Positions 30,001-38,899 of a stretch of DNA of 64,000 nucleotides are shown in pieces. The number at the start of each line of letters is the position of its first letter. Within the stretch, counting starts at the first letter, position 1. The position numbers and the translations under genes were made by a program. The notes below the pieces were generated by a model. That model was not told the origin of the DNA, did no database searches, and saw only the letters and a list, made by a program, of their open reading frames with translations. Source of the stretch: a virus. The stretch lies in IMG/VR virus record IMGVR_UViG_3300034358_000032, positions 5,581-69,580 of that record; one strand, 5' to 3'.

Positions 30001-30604
30001 TGGGACCGTCACGCTCTCGGACATCATCCGGTCCCGGCGGGGCACCGACTGGGCGACCGGGCTGCATACCGCCGGAGAGACGGTCCTCCTGCTGCAACCC
30101 GGGTTAGTCGTGGGCAACGTGGTGACCACAGGCGAGATCGGGGTTTCCGAACTCTGGCGACTGGTGCCGCTCGGCCTCGAACCGTCCCAAGCGCAGGCGC
30201 GCAACTTCACCCCGCGCGGCTACGACCTGTTCCCGTATGCGCCGGTGCACTTCGCGCGGGCGGCAGCCGGGTCAGACCTGGTGGCAACCTGGGTGCGCCG
30301 AACCCGCATCGGCGGGCTGCTGGTGGACGGCTCGGATACCGCGCCGCTCGCCGAGGATGCCGAAGCTTATGACGCCTACATTCTTCCCTCGGCCGGCGCG
30401 CTGGCGACCTTCGATCCCGCCAACAGCGCAACCTACACCCGCGCCTTCGCTACGCTGACCTCGGCCACCCTGACCTATACCGCGGCCATGATGACGGCCG
30501 ACAGCTTCACCCCGGCAACCAGCACCCTCTATCTCGTGGTCTACCAGCGTTCCGGCGTCGTCGGGCGGGGGTTCCGCGGATATCAGGCGTTGCCCGCGTT
30601 CTAG
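27026..30604 (+). CDS. Large tail-tip / host-specificity protein (GTA megatron / gpJ-like)
   Basis: STYGNPIPLLYGT.R, PAYRGLAY, EVIQF...RRGT and WVRRTRIGG motifs. Confidence 0.9.
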   Translation: MGQQIGPMIFQMGGTLVGSYLGGPIGGAIGGMIGGIVGGLLFRAKKPLITDTQSMNSTYGNPIPLLYGTARLPGVMIWQTKIQRSGGTGKGMPGPPSSHQSAALAFCEGPARCVKIYLDGKLFWDSTSPTPHELTKHTFMIRGYEGTEDQLPDYQIAVWCADFVDVGIMGTPAYRGLAYFVMDRINLEYYGGRFPQVTAVYTSNGESTTFFHPTIPFTPDVTGSTNPMGGGMGVAVDWTRGVVYQLSSDESLRAYSTTTYQCLLAKPVTELLNSGATLIADPDYAVPLHGVVCGSGGNVFVWGRKETGPFSSQSTIYELDPNTFEVLKVMSIPCDGEIWSVVCWTTPITQAGGTGDMLACSLYNGSGDVYACIVVPSFYMDPATVPQAKPTWFVHLPGQYGSGTSSLRYTTFGIGTPDPITATTTLYTLNTGWIAGFDNAPQYFSSFSVAGATITPNFGPVQIKAETFGLAPPTSGGFTAPMRMIVDPADGNVVFFEVPWFPGTQQPVTVKIVPDSQTVVWTARNSPNLSALTGDLVNTEAGAGTFAGFNNTGAGFPVLNLETGTFSYSPISIEDAGIYCSGGYGAIGARSCSAVGAMIYSNGGAPIIVKLKGVTISGVSVASILLDLCNRVGVTADMVDVSLVTQTIDGYVVRDNKAAGSAIAEICNIFLIDMVETDYVLKFVPRGRPSVATITQDHLASIDGTDPSHFWMAVEAQEQEMPLQINLKYLDPALDYQPGSAYFRRTALPVPTVWSKRKLTMDIPAIVNNQVATGLAAAMLYSTWAARETYDTSLGPQYLWLDPTDNITVNLDNGDSYTVRIESIETGADLTLKLHTAGEDITVYEPITATGVTYGNGGQVITPSGFATLLPLNLPLLQDSDAAAPGASRIYYAALASLAGWNGGNVDKSTDGVNWNEIGTLASGSNYGTAVTALPDVVAKFATDRVNSVRVSFAPGSSLPHSCAYSELMNGANAAVIGQEVIQFQTVVDNADGTVTLSDIIRSRRGTDWATGLHTAGETVLLLQPGLVVGNVVTTGEIGVSELWRLVPLGLEPSQAQARNFTPRGYDLFPYAPVHFARAAAGSDLVATWVRRTRIGGLLVDGSDTAPLAEDAEAYDAYILPSAGALATFDPANSATYTRAFATLTSATLTYTAAMMTADSFTPATSTLYLVVYQRSGVVGRGFRGYQALPAF

Positions 30605-30613
30605 GACACCTCC

Positions 30614-31840
30614 ATGCCAACCCCGATCCTGAACATTCCCGAGATTTCGCCGACGCAGACCGACAAAACCACGACGATGAACGACATGGTTCTGGCGGTC
30701 GAGAACGCGACCCAAAACCAGATGGCCGTATCCTTCGCCGGCGGCAATGTCAGCCTGAGCAACGCGCAGTTCGTCGGCTACACCGGCTTCATCTGCGGCG
30801 GAGCCACGGCCGCGCGCGACCTGATCGTGCCGCTCACCAAGCGCAACTTCTTCGTCGACAACACGGCCGGCGGCTATCCGATCACCACCAAGGGCGCGAG
30901 CGGGGCAACCGTCGTTGTTCCCGCCGGGCAGTTTATGCAGATCCTATGCAATGGGACCGACTGCAAGACCACGACCATAGCCTCTGCGTCCGGCACGGTC
31001 ACCCAGGTCACCGCCGGGGCCGGGCTGTCGGGCGGCCCGGTCACCACGACCGGCACCCTGGCGGCCGACTGGCATGCCGGGACGGTGTCTGCCCTTGGGG
31101 CAAACCTCACCCTCACCAGCGGCACCCTGGCCGCTACGGGCGGCGGAGGCAGCAGCATATGGAACGCCGGCACGGTCACCGCGCTTGGAACCGATGTCTC
31201 AGCGAGCGGCGGAACGCTCACCGTGGCGCAGCACTGGAACGGAGGCACGGTGTCTGCCCTCGGGGCAAACCTCACGCTGACATCCGGAACACTGGCCGCG
31301 ACCGGCGGCGGCGGCAGTAGCGACTGGAACGCCGGAACAGTCACCGCACTCGGGGCGAACCTGAGCCTCACCAGCGGCACGCTCAGCGCCTCGGGCGGAG
31401 GTGGTAGTAGTGACTGGAACGCCGGGACGGTGACCGCCGTCTCCGATCTCCTGACAGTCAGCGGCGGCACGCTGGACGTGGTAACCGCGATGCGCAGTGT
31501 CCCGCTGCCGTTCAGCTTCTCCGGCAAGCCCGCCGGCGGCCAGATGGTGCATGTCGCGCTTCTGAATGACGTCCCGCTTAACATCCCGGCCAGCCTCGCG
31601 GGGACCGCTACCTACGTCGGTTCCGCCCCCTACGCGACCGCCGACTTCGTGCTGGCCAAGGTGAACAGCGGCACGGTGACGACCATAGGCACGATCTCGA
31701 TTGCTGCGTCCGGTTCGATCACCCTGACCGGCTCAGCCTATACCGGCGGCAGCGGCGACACCCTGCGCCTGACCGCACCCAGCCCGCCCGACACGACGCT
31801 GTCCGACGTCTGCATCACCATCGAGGCCAAGCGCCCATGA
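30614..31840 (+). CDS. Tail fibre/spike protein with Gly/Thr repeats
   Basis: TPILNIPEI...QTDKTTTMN N-terminus like DUF2793 fibre anchors; five W(N/H)AGTV.ALG...SGTL repeats. Confidence 0.75.
   Translation: MPTPILNIPEISPTQTDKTTTMNDMVLAVENATQNQMAVSFAGGNVSLSNAQFVGYTGFICGGATAARDLIVPLTKRNFFVDNTAGGYPITTKGASGATVVVPAGQFMQILCNGTDCKTTTIASASGTVTQVTAGAGLSGGPVTTTGTLAADWHAGTVSALGANLTLTSGTLAATGGGGSSIWNAGTVTALGTDVSASGGTLTVAQHWNGGTVSALGANLTLTSGTLAATGGGGSSDWNAGTVTALGANLSLTSGTLSASGGGGSSDWNAGTVTAVSDLLTVSGGTLDVVTAMRSVPLPFSFSGKPAGGQMVHVALLNDVPLNIPASLAGTATYVGSAPYATADFVLAKVNSGTVTTIGTISIAASGSITLTGSAYTGGSGDTLRLTAPSPPDTTLSDVCITIEAKRP
31070..31475 (+). repeat. Five coding repeats WxAGTVxALGxxLxLxSGTL
   Basis: Visible in the translation and as repeated TGGAACGCCGG / GGGGCAAACCTCAC DNA. 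Confidence 0.85.
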
Positions 31841-32301
31841 GCACCCCGCACAGGTGGTGGCGCATTGCGATTGCCAGCACGACCGACAACTCCTACGCGA
31901 CGTTGACCAACGTCGTCATGTCAACCACCCCCGGCGGCACCAATCTGATCGGGTCCGGCACGGCCTCCGCGCAGAACGATTTCGGTTCCCCCTACGTGCC
32001 GAGCGCCGCTGCAACAACCAACCTCAACGACTTCTGGCTGAGCGGCGGCGGCATCCCGGTTTGGTGGCAATACGACTTCGGCACCCCGGTCGATATTTGG
32101 GAGGTGCAGATATCGGCAACCACCTTCACGACCTACAACGAGTTGCCCCACCAGCCGAATAACTGGTCGCTGCAATACTCCGACGACGGCACAACGTTCA
32201 CCACCTTGAAAGCGTTTTTCTCCGGCGTCTGGTCTGTCGGATCGACGCAAGTATTTCAGGTGTCCGCAGCAGGTTCCGGCCGCGCGTTCTTCATCATCTG
32301 A
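31837..32301 (+). CDS. Discoidin (F5/8)-like carbohydrate-binding protein
   Basis: WWQYDFGTPVDI...P.NWSLQYSDDG pattern. Confidence 0.65.
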   Translation: MSTPHRWWRIAIASTTDNSYATLTNVVMSTTPGGTNLIGSGTASAQNDFGSPYVPSAAATTNLNDFWLSGGGIPVWWQYDFGTPVDIWEVQISATTFTTYNELPHQPNNWSLQYSDDGTTFTTLKAFFSGVWSVGSTQVFQVSAAGSGRAFFII

Positions 32302-32366
32302 AACGCCTATTCGGAAGACTTCGACTGCCCGGGGGTATAGATACGATCGCGAAAGAGAGAGCGACC

Positions 32367-32804
32367 GTGATGGGCATCGAACCGGGTTATGACCATGGAC
32401 CGCCGCAGCGGCGTGGCAACCTCATCACCACACTCGGCCTCCCCGGCATCATCAACGCCGTGGTTGTAACCGTAGCCCTCATCGCGTGGCTGGTCACCAC
32501 GCACAACCAGGCCGAAACCGCACCGCGCGATCTGGCGCGAATGGAAGCCGCCCTCACCGAGAAGATCGCCGACCTCCGGGCCGTGGTCACCTCCGGTCAG
32601 TCGGATGTGCGCCAGCAGATTTCGGTGCTTCCCGATCAACGCGCGCGGATTGAAATCCTCGAACAACGCATGGCCGACCTGGATCAGCGGATCAGCTCAG
32701 TCGGCTCGATCGTTGCCAGCCAGGAGAAGACCCAGGCGGAGCACGGGGCGAACCTGAACATCCTCATGAGGACGGTCAACACTCCGCTCGGGAGGACCCG
32801 ATGA
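32367..32804 (+). CDS. Membrane-anchored coiled-coil protein (lysis cassette; i-spanin- or holin-like)
   Basis: One N-terminal TM helix then a coiled coil; precedes lipoprotein and lysozyme genes. Confidence 0.55.
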   Translation: MMGIEPGYDHGPPQRRGNLITTLGLPGIINAVVVTVALIAWLVTTHNQAETAPRDLARMEAALTEKIADLRAVVTSGQSDVRQQISVLPDQRARIEILEQRMADLDQRISSVGSIVASQEKTQAEHGANLNILMRTVNTPLGRTR

Positions 32805-33085
32805 CGACGGGAAAGTGGACTCTACTCGCGCTTTGGCTGCTCGGCGGCTGCGTCAACCAGCAGATCAACACCCAAACGAACATCATCCCTGACGACCTTA
32901 CCTCGTGCGCAACGGTGCGCCCGCTGCCGCTGCCGCCCCCGACACCCCGCACCCCGCAGCAACTCATCGACTGGGCGAAGAAGCTGCAATCGGTTGCGAT
33001 CGTGAACACTGCGAATCTGATGCAGTGCGAGGACCGTCTGCTGCGTCTGAACTTATGGATAACGGAACGCAAGGATTCCCGCTGA
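32801..33085 (+). CDS. Lipoprotein, o-spanin-like
   Basis: Lipobox LLGG-C; Pro-rich segment; IPDDLTSC. Confidence 0.65.
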   Translation: MTTGKWTLLALWLLGGCVNQQINTQTNIIPDDLTSCATVRPLPLPPPTPRTPQQLIDWAKKLQSVAIVNTANLMQCEDRLLRLNLWITERKDSR

Positions 33086-33086
33086 C

Positions 33087-33713
33087 GTGTTGAAAATGAA
33101 CCCGGCGAAAGCCTGCCTGCTGGCCGTCCCCCTGGTCTTCGACGTCGAGGGCTGCGAGCTGCGCGCTTATCTGGACAAGCTGGCGAGCCGGCCGACGTGG
33201 ACCATCGGGCATGGCACCACGCGCATTCGCGGCTTGCCGGTGCAGCCCGGCCAGACCTGTACTCGAGCCGAGGCCGACGCCTGGGCCGCCGAGGATCTAC
33301 GCTCCGCCGCCAGCCAGGTTCTTGCCGTCGTGACGGTCCACCTCAATGACCGCCAACTCGCAGCGTTGACCTCGCTCGTCTACAACATCGGCATCGGCAC
33401 CTTTATGCGGTCGTCGGTTTTGCTATGGCTGAACAACGGTCATTACGCTGAAGCCGCCGCTGGTTTCCTGCTATATGACTGCGCCGGCGGCGTGCCCCTC
33501 GAAGGCCTCCTGACACGCCGGAAACGGGAGCGGGCGCTGTTCCTGTCCGCTCCCGACGAGGTTCTCCCCCTGATCAAATCTACGGTCAAACCATCGGTAC
33601 AACCAGCGCGCAAGAATTCCTTGCAAACTCAGGACGACAGCGACGAAACAGACCGCCTCAACCAGCGCGAACTGGATCGGCTGACGCGCAAACGTATTGG
33701 AGAATTCGAGTGA
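33087..33713 (+). CDS. Endolysin, GH24 lysozyme
   Basis: EGCELRAYLD...WTIGHG catalytic pattern, SLVYNIG and GLLTRRKRERALF. Confidence 0.93.
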   Translation: MLKMNPAKACLLAVPLVFDVEGCELRAYLDKLASRPTWTIGHGTTRIRGLPVQPGQTCTRAEADAWAAEDLRSAASQVLAVVTVHLNDRQLAALTSLVYNIGIGTFMRSSVLLWLNNGHYAEAAAGFLLYDCAGGVPLEGLLTRRKRERALFLSAPDEVLPLIKSTVKPSVQPARKNSLQTQDDSDETDRLNQRELDRLTRKRIGEFE

Positions 33714-34144
33714 GCAGCTTTGCCGACTTTCTGCTGGCGGCCGAGAAGGGCGCCGGAGCGATCTACCACCAGGTGCTGGCGACCGGCGCGGAAATCCATA
33801 CCTGGACGGAAAGCCCGGCCGTGGCTCCGCTGGTAGCAGCCGGGGTGGAACTGGCGAACGGCCTCCTCGAGCGCGTCGGCATCTCGCACAGCACTCTGGC
33901 CATCATCGAGGCCGACATCCACACTGCGCTGAAGGTCATCGCCGCAGCGGATCCGACCGTGCCGTCTTACTCGCTGAGCGCCCTGACCGGGCTCGGTGCC
34001 CGCGTGGCAACTGCCCTGGTGCCCGGCGCCGCGCCGATCGCCACCGGCGCCGCCGCAGTCGTGACCGTCGGCGAGGGCATCGCCAAGACCATTGCCGGGA
34101 TCAGGGCGATGGACGTCTCCAGCGACGAGCGCGCCGACTCCTAA
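33710..34144 (+). CDS. Hypothetical Ala-rich protein, last gene of the late operon
   Basis: GTGA coupling; hydrophobic C-terminal segment. Confidence 0.65.
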   Translation: MSSFADFLLAAEKGAGAIYHQVLATGAEIHTWTESPAVAPLVAAGVELANGLLERVGISHSTLAIIEADIHTALKVIAAADPTVPSYSLSALTGLGARVATALVPGAAPIATGAAAVVTVGEGIAKTIAGIRAMDVSSDERADS

Positions 34145-34701
34145 AGCGGGTCGATCCCCGCCGCCTCCGCCAACTCTAGCCAGCGGGTGACGTCCGTCCT
34201 GCTGGCTATCTCGTCAGCCGCCGTGCGGAGGGGATCGATCAGCGGTCCCTTCCAGCCGGGATCCGCCATCCACTGCCGCAGGTAAAGCCGGATGGCCACG
34301 ATCTGCGCCGTGGTAAGCGGCTCGTGCGCAAGGTAGGCGCTCACCGCCGGGGCCAGCACTCCGCCCTCCTCGTGCATCCAATAGCCGGGCCGACTTGGCA
34401 TCTGGCGCTGATACGTATACGGCAGCACCGAGACCGTGTAGGCGGTCAACGGCCTGTTCGGCCGGCCATCGCACCGGAACGGCGTCGTCTGGCTTTGCGT
34501 CTTCCAATAGGCAACGGCCGCTTCGGTGCTCTTGAAGCGCGCGGCCTTGGCCATGTCCGGCGTCGTCTTGATAGTGCCGCGGCCCTTCCGGGCATCGGCA
34601 TCCAGCGATATCACGAACTGGCCGCTCTGCTCGCACGGCGAGTAGCCCGGAAACGCCGGGTTCGCGAGCCCCATGATCCGGATGACGACCTCGTCTGTCA
34701 T
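34141..34701 (-). CDS. Hypothetical protein
   Basis: ATGA-coupled chain on the minus strand; protein-like composition. Confidence 0.7.
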   Translation of the reverse strand: MTDEVVIRIMGLANPAFPGYSPCEQSGQFVISLDADARKGRGTIKTTPDMAKAARFKSTEAAVAYWKTQSQTTPFRCDGRPNRPLTAYTVSVLPYTYQRQMPSRPGYWMHEEGGVLAPAVSAYLAHEPLTTAQIVAIRLYLRQWMADPGWKGPLIDPLRTAADEIASRTDVTRWLELAEAAGIDPL

Positions 34702-35153
34702 AGCCGTGCCCGCCCCGCTCCCAGCGGCACCTGCCCGATGCGCTCGCCGATCGCCGACTGTAGCCGTTCCCGCAGCGCGTTGGCGGCCTTGGCCTGACCG
34801 GGCGACAGGCGAGGATCCCCGTCGTCCATGCTCGAAAAATAGTCATTCCGTTCGATAGCATCGGTGACGATCAGCTTCTCCAGCGGCCCGATCAGCAGCA
34901 GCGTGTGCTCACTCCGCAGCGTCTTGACCATCTCGCGGGTCCGCCGCACCACGGCCTCGCGCGGCCAGGGCGACACCATCTCGCCCGGCTTAGGGTTGTG
35001 GCAGATGGCATCGACCACGCGGCTGACGTCTGCCATGCGGTACAGCATGAAGGCCCGTTCTGCTTTGCTGAGCGGGATGGTGACCGGTTTCGTCGAGTGC
35101 CGATGTCGGCGCACCGGATCGATCGGTATCTCGATCCCTGGAATATAGTTCAT
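34698..35153 (-). CDS. Hypothetical protein
   Basis: Coupled to both neighbours. Confidence 0.7.
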   Translation of the reverse strand: MNYIPGIEIPIDPVRRHRHSTKPVTIPLSKAERAFMLYRMADVSRVVDAICHNPKPGEMVSPWPREAVVRRTREMVKTLRSEHTLLLIGPLEKLIVTDAIERNDYFSSMDDGDPRLSPGQAKAANALRERLQSAIGERIGQVPLGAGRARL

Positions 35154-35761
35154 CAGGCGTCACCCTCTAGCCCGAGGAACAGGTTCGAAAAGATCGGGTT
35201 GCTGAAGTGGATTGCCTTGTCCGTGTCGCCGGGTTCCCGCTTGCCGACTGAGGCGCGGCCGTCGAGGTCCCGCTCGATCGGGAACATCCGCACCACATGC
35301 TCAGTTCGGTTTGCCGCCGCGACTACGACGACTTCCCGCCGGTCCATGCGCTCACAGGGCGACAGGGCGTTGACCGCATCATCAAGCCCCGCGGTCGCAA
35401 CCCAGGCCTCCGAGGTCACGAAATATCCGTCAACGCCCGCCAGTGTGATCAACGTGGCATATGACGCCGCAAGGTGCATCATCGTCTCCGGGTCGCTGTC
35501 GTCGAGGGTATCCATCATGATCTCAGCGACCGATCCGCTCCGGCGAGCGTAAAACCGGATCACCGGCCTTGCGACTTCCGAACCGACATCAAGCCACGTC
35601 TGCGCGGCTTCACGCCCATGCTCGGCAAGCAAATCGGCGGCGGCCGTCACCGCATTGACGGCTTTGTCGGGCTTGTCCGGAGCCGTTTGGAACTCGTGGA
35701 TTATCCTCGTGCACAGGCTGGACAAGCCCTGCGTGGTCTCAACAATTATGTCGTCAGCCAT
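35153..35761 (-). CDS. Hypothetical protein
   Basis: Overlaps the dnaG stop; YFVTSEAW...DRREVV pattern. Confidence 0.7.
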   Translation of the reverse strand: MADDIIVETTQGLSSLCTRIIHEFQTAPDKPDKAVNAVTAAADLLAEHGREAAQTWLDVGSEVARPVIRFYARRSGSVAEIMMDTLDDSDPETMMHLAASYATLITLAGVDGYFVTSEAWVATAGLDDAVNALSPCERMDRREVVVVAAANRTEHVVRMFPIERDLDGRASVGKREPGDTDKAIHFSNPIFSNLFLGLEGDA

Positions 35762-37008
35762 CGGCTTCCTACCTCATCGAAATAGTGGTTCAGCATCAGC
35801 CGGCGCACGGTCTGCGCCGTCGCGGGATCGGCAATGGCATCGCCCGCCATGGCCAGTCGGTTGCGCCAAGTGCTTAGCGCCAGGTGGTCGGCCTCGCCGG
35901 GCGGCCGGAGGGCTACGACAAGGGCGGGCTCCAGCGGCATGGCGCCAGCCAGCACGGTCCGCAACGCCTCCTGGCCGCCTGACTTCAGCAGGGAGTCGGG
36001 ATCCTCGGGGTCCGGCAGCTTGGCGACCTTCAGCGTGCGGTCCGGCGCCAGCTTCGGCAGCGCCAGTTCCATCGCATGCAGCGCCGCCCGCTGCCCCGGA
36101 GGATCGCCGTCGAACAGCAGCACCGGGGCGGGCGAAAGCCGCCAGAGTTCGTCTAGCTGTTCCTCGGTCAAGGCCGAGCCGAGCGGCGCGATGGTTCCCG
36201 TTTCCCCGGCTTGATGCATGGAGATCACGTCAAGGTAGCCCTCGACCACGACCAGGGGCCGCCCCATGCCCAAGCCCTCGCGCGCCTTGTCCGCGCCATA
36301 CAGAGCCCGGCGCTTGGAGTAGAGCGGGGTTTCCGGCCCGTTGATGTATTTCGGCTGACCGTCGCCCATCGTCCGCCCGCCGAAGCTGATCACCCGTCCG
36401 GCCTGATCGCAGATCGGGAACATCAGCCGGTCCCGGAAGAAGTCGATGGCCACCCCGTCGTCAGCCCGCCGCGTCATCAGCCCGGCTTCGATCATGTCGG
36501 CGATCTGGACCCCGATGGCCTCGGCCAGCACGCCCCTGCCCCGGCCTGACCAGCCGAGCCCGAACGCCTTGACGCTGTCTCGGGTAACGCCGCGAGCCTC
36601 AAGATAGCTGCGCGCCGGGGCGCCGGCCTCATCGTCTAACCGCTGGGCAAACCACCTCTGCGCTTCGTCGAGGATGTTGCCGAGTTCCTTGAGCTGCTGA
36701 CGGGTGGCGGCTTGAACCTGGTCCTGCGGCACCGGCAAGCCCGCTTCGGAGGCGAGCCGGTCTACCGCTGCGAGAAAGTCCAATCCCTCGGCCTGCATGA
36801 CGAAACTGATTGCATCGCCGTGGGCGCCGCAGCCGAAACAGTGAAAGTGGTCGGTATAGACGTAGAAACTCGGTGTCTTCTCGCCATGGAACGGGCAACA
36901 GCCTTTGGCTTCTCGACCTGAGCGAACCAGTCTGACCTTGCGGCCAACCAATTCGTTCATGGGCGTCCGCGCACGCAGCTCCTCAAGGAAATTCGCGGGT
37001 AGCGCCAT
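35746..37008 (-). CDS. dnaG: DNA primase, bacterial DnaG type, with shortened C-terminus
   Basis: CHC2 zinc finger CPFHGEKTPSF...HCFGC, FRDRLMFPI, KYINGPET, TOPRIM VEGYLDV / FDGD and DPDS. Confidence 0.96.
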   Translation of the reverse strand: MALPANFLEELRARTPMNELVGRKVRLVRSGREAKGCCPFHGEKTPSFYVYTDHFHCFGCGAHGDAISFVMQAEGLDFLAAVDRLASEAGLPVPQDQVQAATRQQLKELGNILDEAQRWFAQRLDDEAGAPARSYLEARGVTRDSVKAFGLGWSGRGRGVLAEAIGVQIADMIEAGLMTRRADDGVAIDFFRDRLMFPICDQAGRVISFGGRTMGDGQPKYINGPETPLYSKRRALYGADKAREGLGMGRPLVVVEGYLDVISMHQAGETGTIAPLGSALTEEQLDELWRLSPAPVLLFDGDPPGQRAALHAMELALPKLAPDRTLKVAKLPDPEDPDSLLKSGGQEALRTVLAGAMPLEPALVVALRPPGEADHLALSTWRNRLAMAGDAIADPATAQTVRRLMLNHYFDEVGSRWLTT

Positions 37009-37103
37009 ATTTTTACCGAGCGTTCATCGCGCGCTTCTCGCCGTCGTCGCGCGATCTGTCAACTGCGCGTTGCACGCAAGAAACTACCCTGCGTCATAGA
37101 TCC

Positions 37104-37568
37104 ATGATGACTTTGGTAACCCGTTTCGATACAAACCCATTCCGGCGACGTTTGGTGATTCATGTGTCCCTATTACGTGCTGTGGCGATTGTGCTGGCGT
37201 GCGCGGTTGTGGGGAACGGTGACACAAGGGCAGCGCCGGGAAAACCGCTTGTGGCCTCAAAAACCGTGGGCATTGCTTCCTGGTATGGTGCGGATTTCGA
37301 AGGTAAGCCGATGGCGAACGGCCACCCGTTTCGTCGCCACGCTCTTACTGCCGCATCTCGTGTCATCCCGCTCGGCGAACGGGTTCGCGTTCGCTACAGG
37401 AGAAAAACCATTCTCGTCACAATTACCGACCGCGGACCGTATGTCAGCGGGCGAATCATTGATTTGAGCGAAGCGGCGGCAGCGAGGCTCGGGATTAAAG
37501 ACCTGGGCCTCGCGACCGTCGAAATAGAGCGTCTGAACCGCCGTCGTATCCACCCCCCAAGCCGATAG
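37104..37568 (+). CDS. rlpA: RlpA-like lytic transglycosylase (DPBB domain)
   Basis: GIASWYG...MANG...LTAAS and ITDRGPYVSGRIIDLSEAAA; N-terminal hydrophobic segment; exact start uncertain. Confidence 0.9.
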   Translation: MMTLVTRFDTNPFRRRLVIHVSLLRAVAIVLACAVVGNGDTRAAPGKPLVASKTVGIASWYGADFEGKPMANGHPFRRHALTAASRVIPLGERVRVRYRRKTILVTITDRGPYVSGRIIDLSEAAAARLGIKDLGLATVEIERLNRRRIHPPSR

Positions 37569-37575
37569 GCAAGCC

Positions 37576-38613
37576 GTGCTTCACGCAAACCATTCCGGAC
37601 GCCCGATCCAGGCAAGCGACCTTCACGTCATCGGTGTCTACAGCAACCCCAACCGCTACAAGGTGCGTCCCCGCCTGCTGCGCGAGTGGTTGCCCAAGGT
37701 GCAGGCCTCCGGCGCGTCGCTCACTCTGGTCGAGTATGCCTTCGGGGACCGGACCTACGAGTTCACCCAGGCGGAAATGCCGGACGTTAACCTGCTGCAA
37801 GTCCGCGGCAGTCAGGAGATTTGGCTGCAATACGCGCTCTACAATTTCGGCATCGCGCACCTGCCGAACCATGCGCGCTACATCTGCGTCCAGGACACCG
37901 ATGTCGAACACGTCCGCGAGGACTGGGCGCTCGAGGCGGTGCATATGCTCCAGCACCACAAAGTCGGCCAGACCTGGGGGACGAGCGTCGATCTCAACCC
38001 GTCCCACGACGCCGAGCCCAACGAGCATAAGAACTGGGTTGACCGTTCATTCTGCGCGGCTTGGCTGGTGGGCGATGTCGATCTCGGCAAAGGCCCCTAC
38101 ATTCCCCGCTACAGCCGGGCGATGCTGCCGAACAAGGACAAGGATTGGCGCTCGCACACCGGCTATAGCTGGGCGTTCCGCCGCGAGGTGCTGACCGGCC
38201 TCGGCCGCCTACCCGACTGGCTGATTGCCGGATCCTCGGACTGGCACATGGCGTCCGGCTTCTGCGGCAAGCTGCGCCAGATGTGTGACACCGAGCTCGG
38301 CAAGGGCGGGGCGGGGCGCTACTCCCAGGGCTACTACGACCGGCTGATTGAGTTCGCGCTGCTGTGCGACAAGCACGTTGGCATGGATATCGGGTGCGTC
38401 TCCGGCCTGCTGCTGCACTCGTGGCACGGCTCCAAGCGCCTGCGGTTCTACGGCGGCCGAGAGGCGATCCTGACCGAAGCGAAGTTCGATCCCTACAAGC
38501 ACATGGCCTATGACGTCCACGGCCTGCCCTACATCACCGCGACAGACCCGGCGTTGCGTGAAGGGCTGCGGCGCTACGGGCGGATGCGGAATGAGGACTC
38601 GATTGATCTCTGA
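37576..38613 (+). CDS. Putative glycosyltransferase-like protein (GT-A fold)
   Basis: ALYNFGIAHL...YICVQDTD (DxD), GYSWAFRRE, GSSD and late LLHSWHG; function inferred. Confidence 0.5.
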   Translation: MLHANHSGRPIQASDLHVIGVYSNPNRYKVRPRLLREWLPKVQASGASLTLVEYAFGDRTYEFTQAEMPDVNLLQVRGSQEIWLQYALYNFGIAHLPNHARYICVQDTDVEHVREDWALEAVHMLQHHKVGQTWGTSVDLNPSHDAEPNEHKNWVDRSFCAAWLVGDVDLGKGPYIPRYSRAMLPNKDKDWRSHTGYSWAFRREVLTGLGRLPDWLIAGSSDWHMASGFCGKLRQMCDTELGKGGAGRYSQGYYDRLIEFALLCDKHVGMDIGCVSGLLLHSWHGSKRLRFYGGREAILTEAKFDPYKHMAYDVHGLPYITATDPALREGLRRYGRMRNEDSIDL

Positions 38614-38899
38614 GATGCGCTTGATGCTCCCGGCCCTTTTCCTGTTCCTCGCGGCAGCGGCTATGGCGCTGGCCGGTTGGCGGATCATCGTTGATGGCCG
38701 CCAGACGCAGCACGAGATTGTCGCTAACGAGGCCATCATCCAGGCCCTTCAAATCGACGCGGCGGGTCACACGAAACGGATTGAGTTCCAGGATCGGGAG
38801 CTTGCGGCGCAGCGGCAGTTGCTCCTGGCGGCGGAGGCGTGGATGGCGGCGCGGAAAGCCTTGCCGGCGCCGTCGCCACCCGGGGAACCCGCCCCCTAG
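38603..38899 (+). CDS. Small membrane-anchored coiled-coil protein
   Basis: GAGGA RBS, TTG 38603 or ATG 38615; TM helix LPALFLFLAAAAMALAGW. Confidence 0.55.
   Translation: MISEMRLMLPALFLFLAAAAMALAGWRIIVDGRQTQHEIVANEAIIQALQIDAAGHTKRIEFQDRELAAQRQLLLAAEAWMAARKALPAPSPPGEPAP

Noticed and set aside
1-34144. Gene transfer agent cluster
   Set aside because: The tail tip is GTA-like, but the long TMP, linked lysis genes, replication genes and small-gene operon indicate a true phage.
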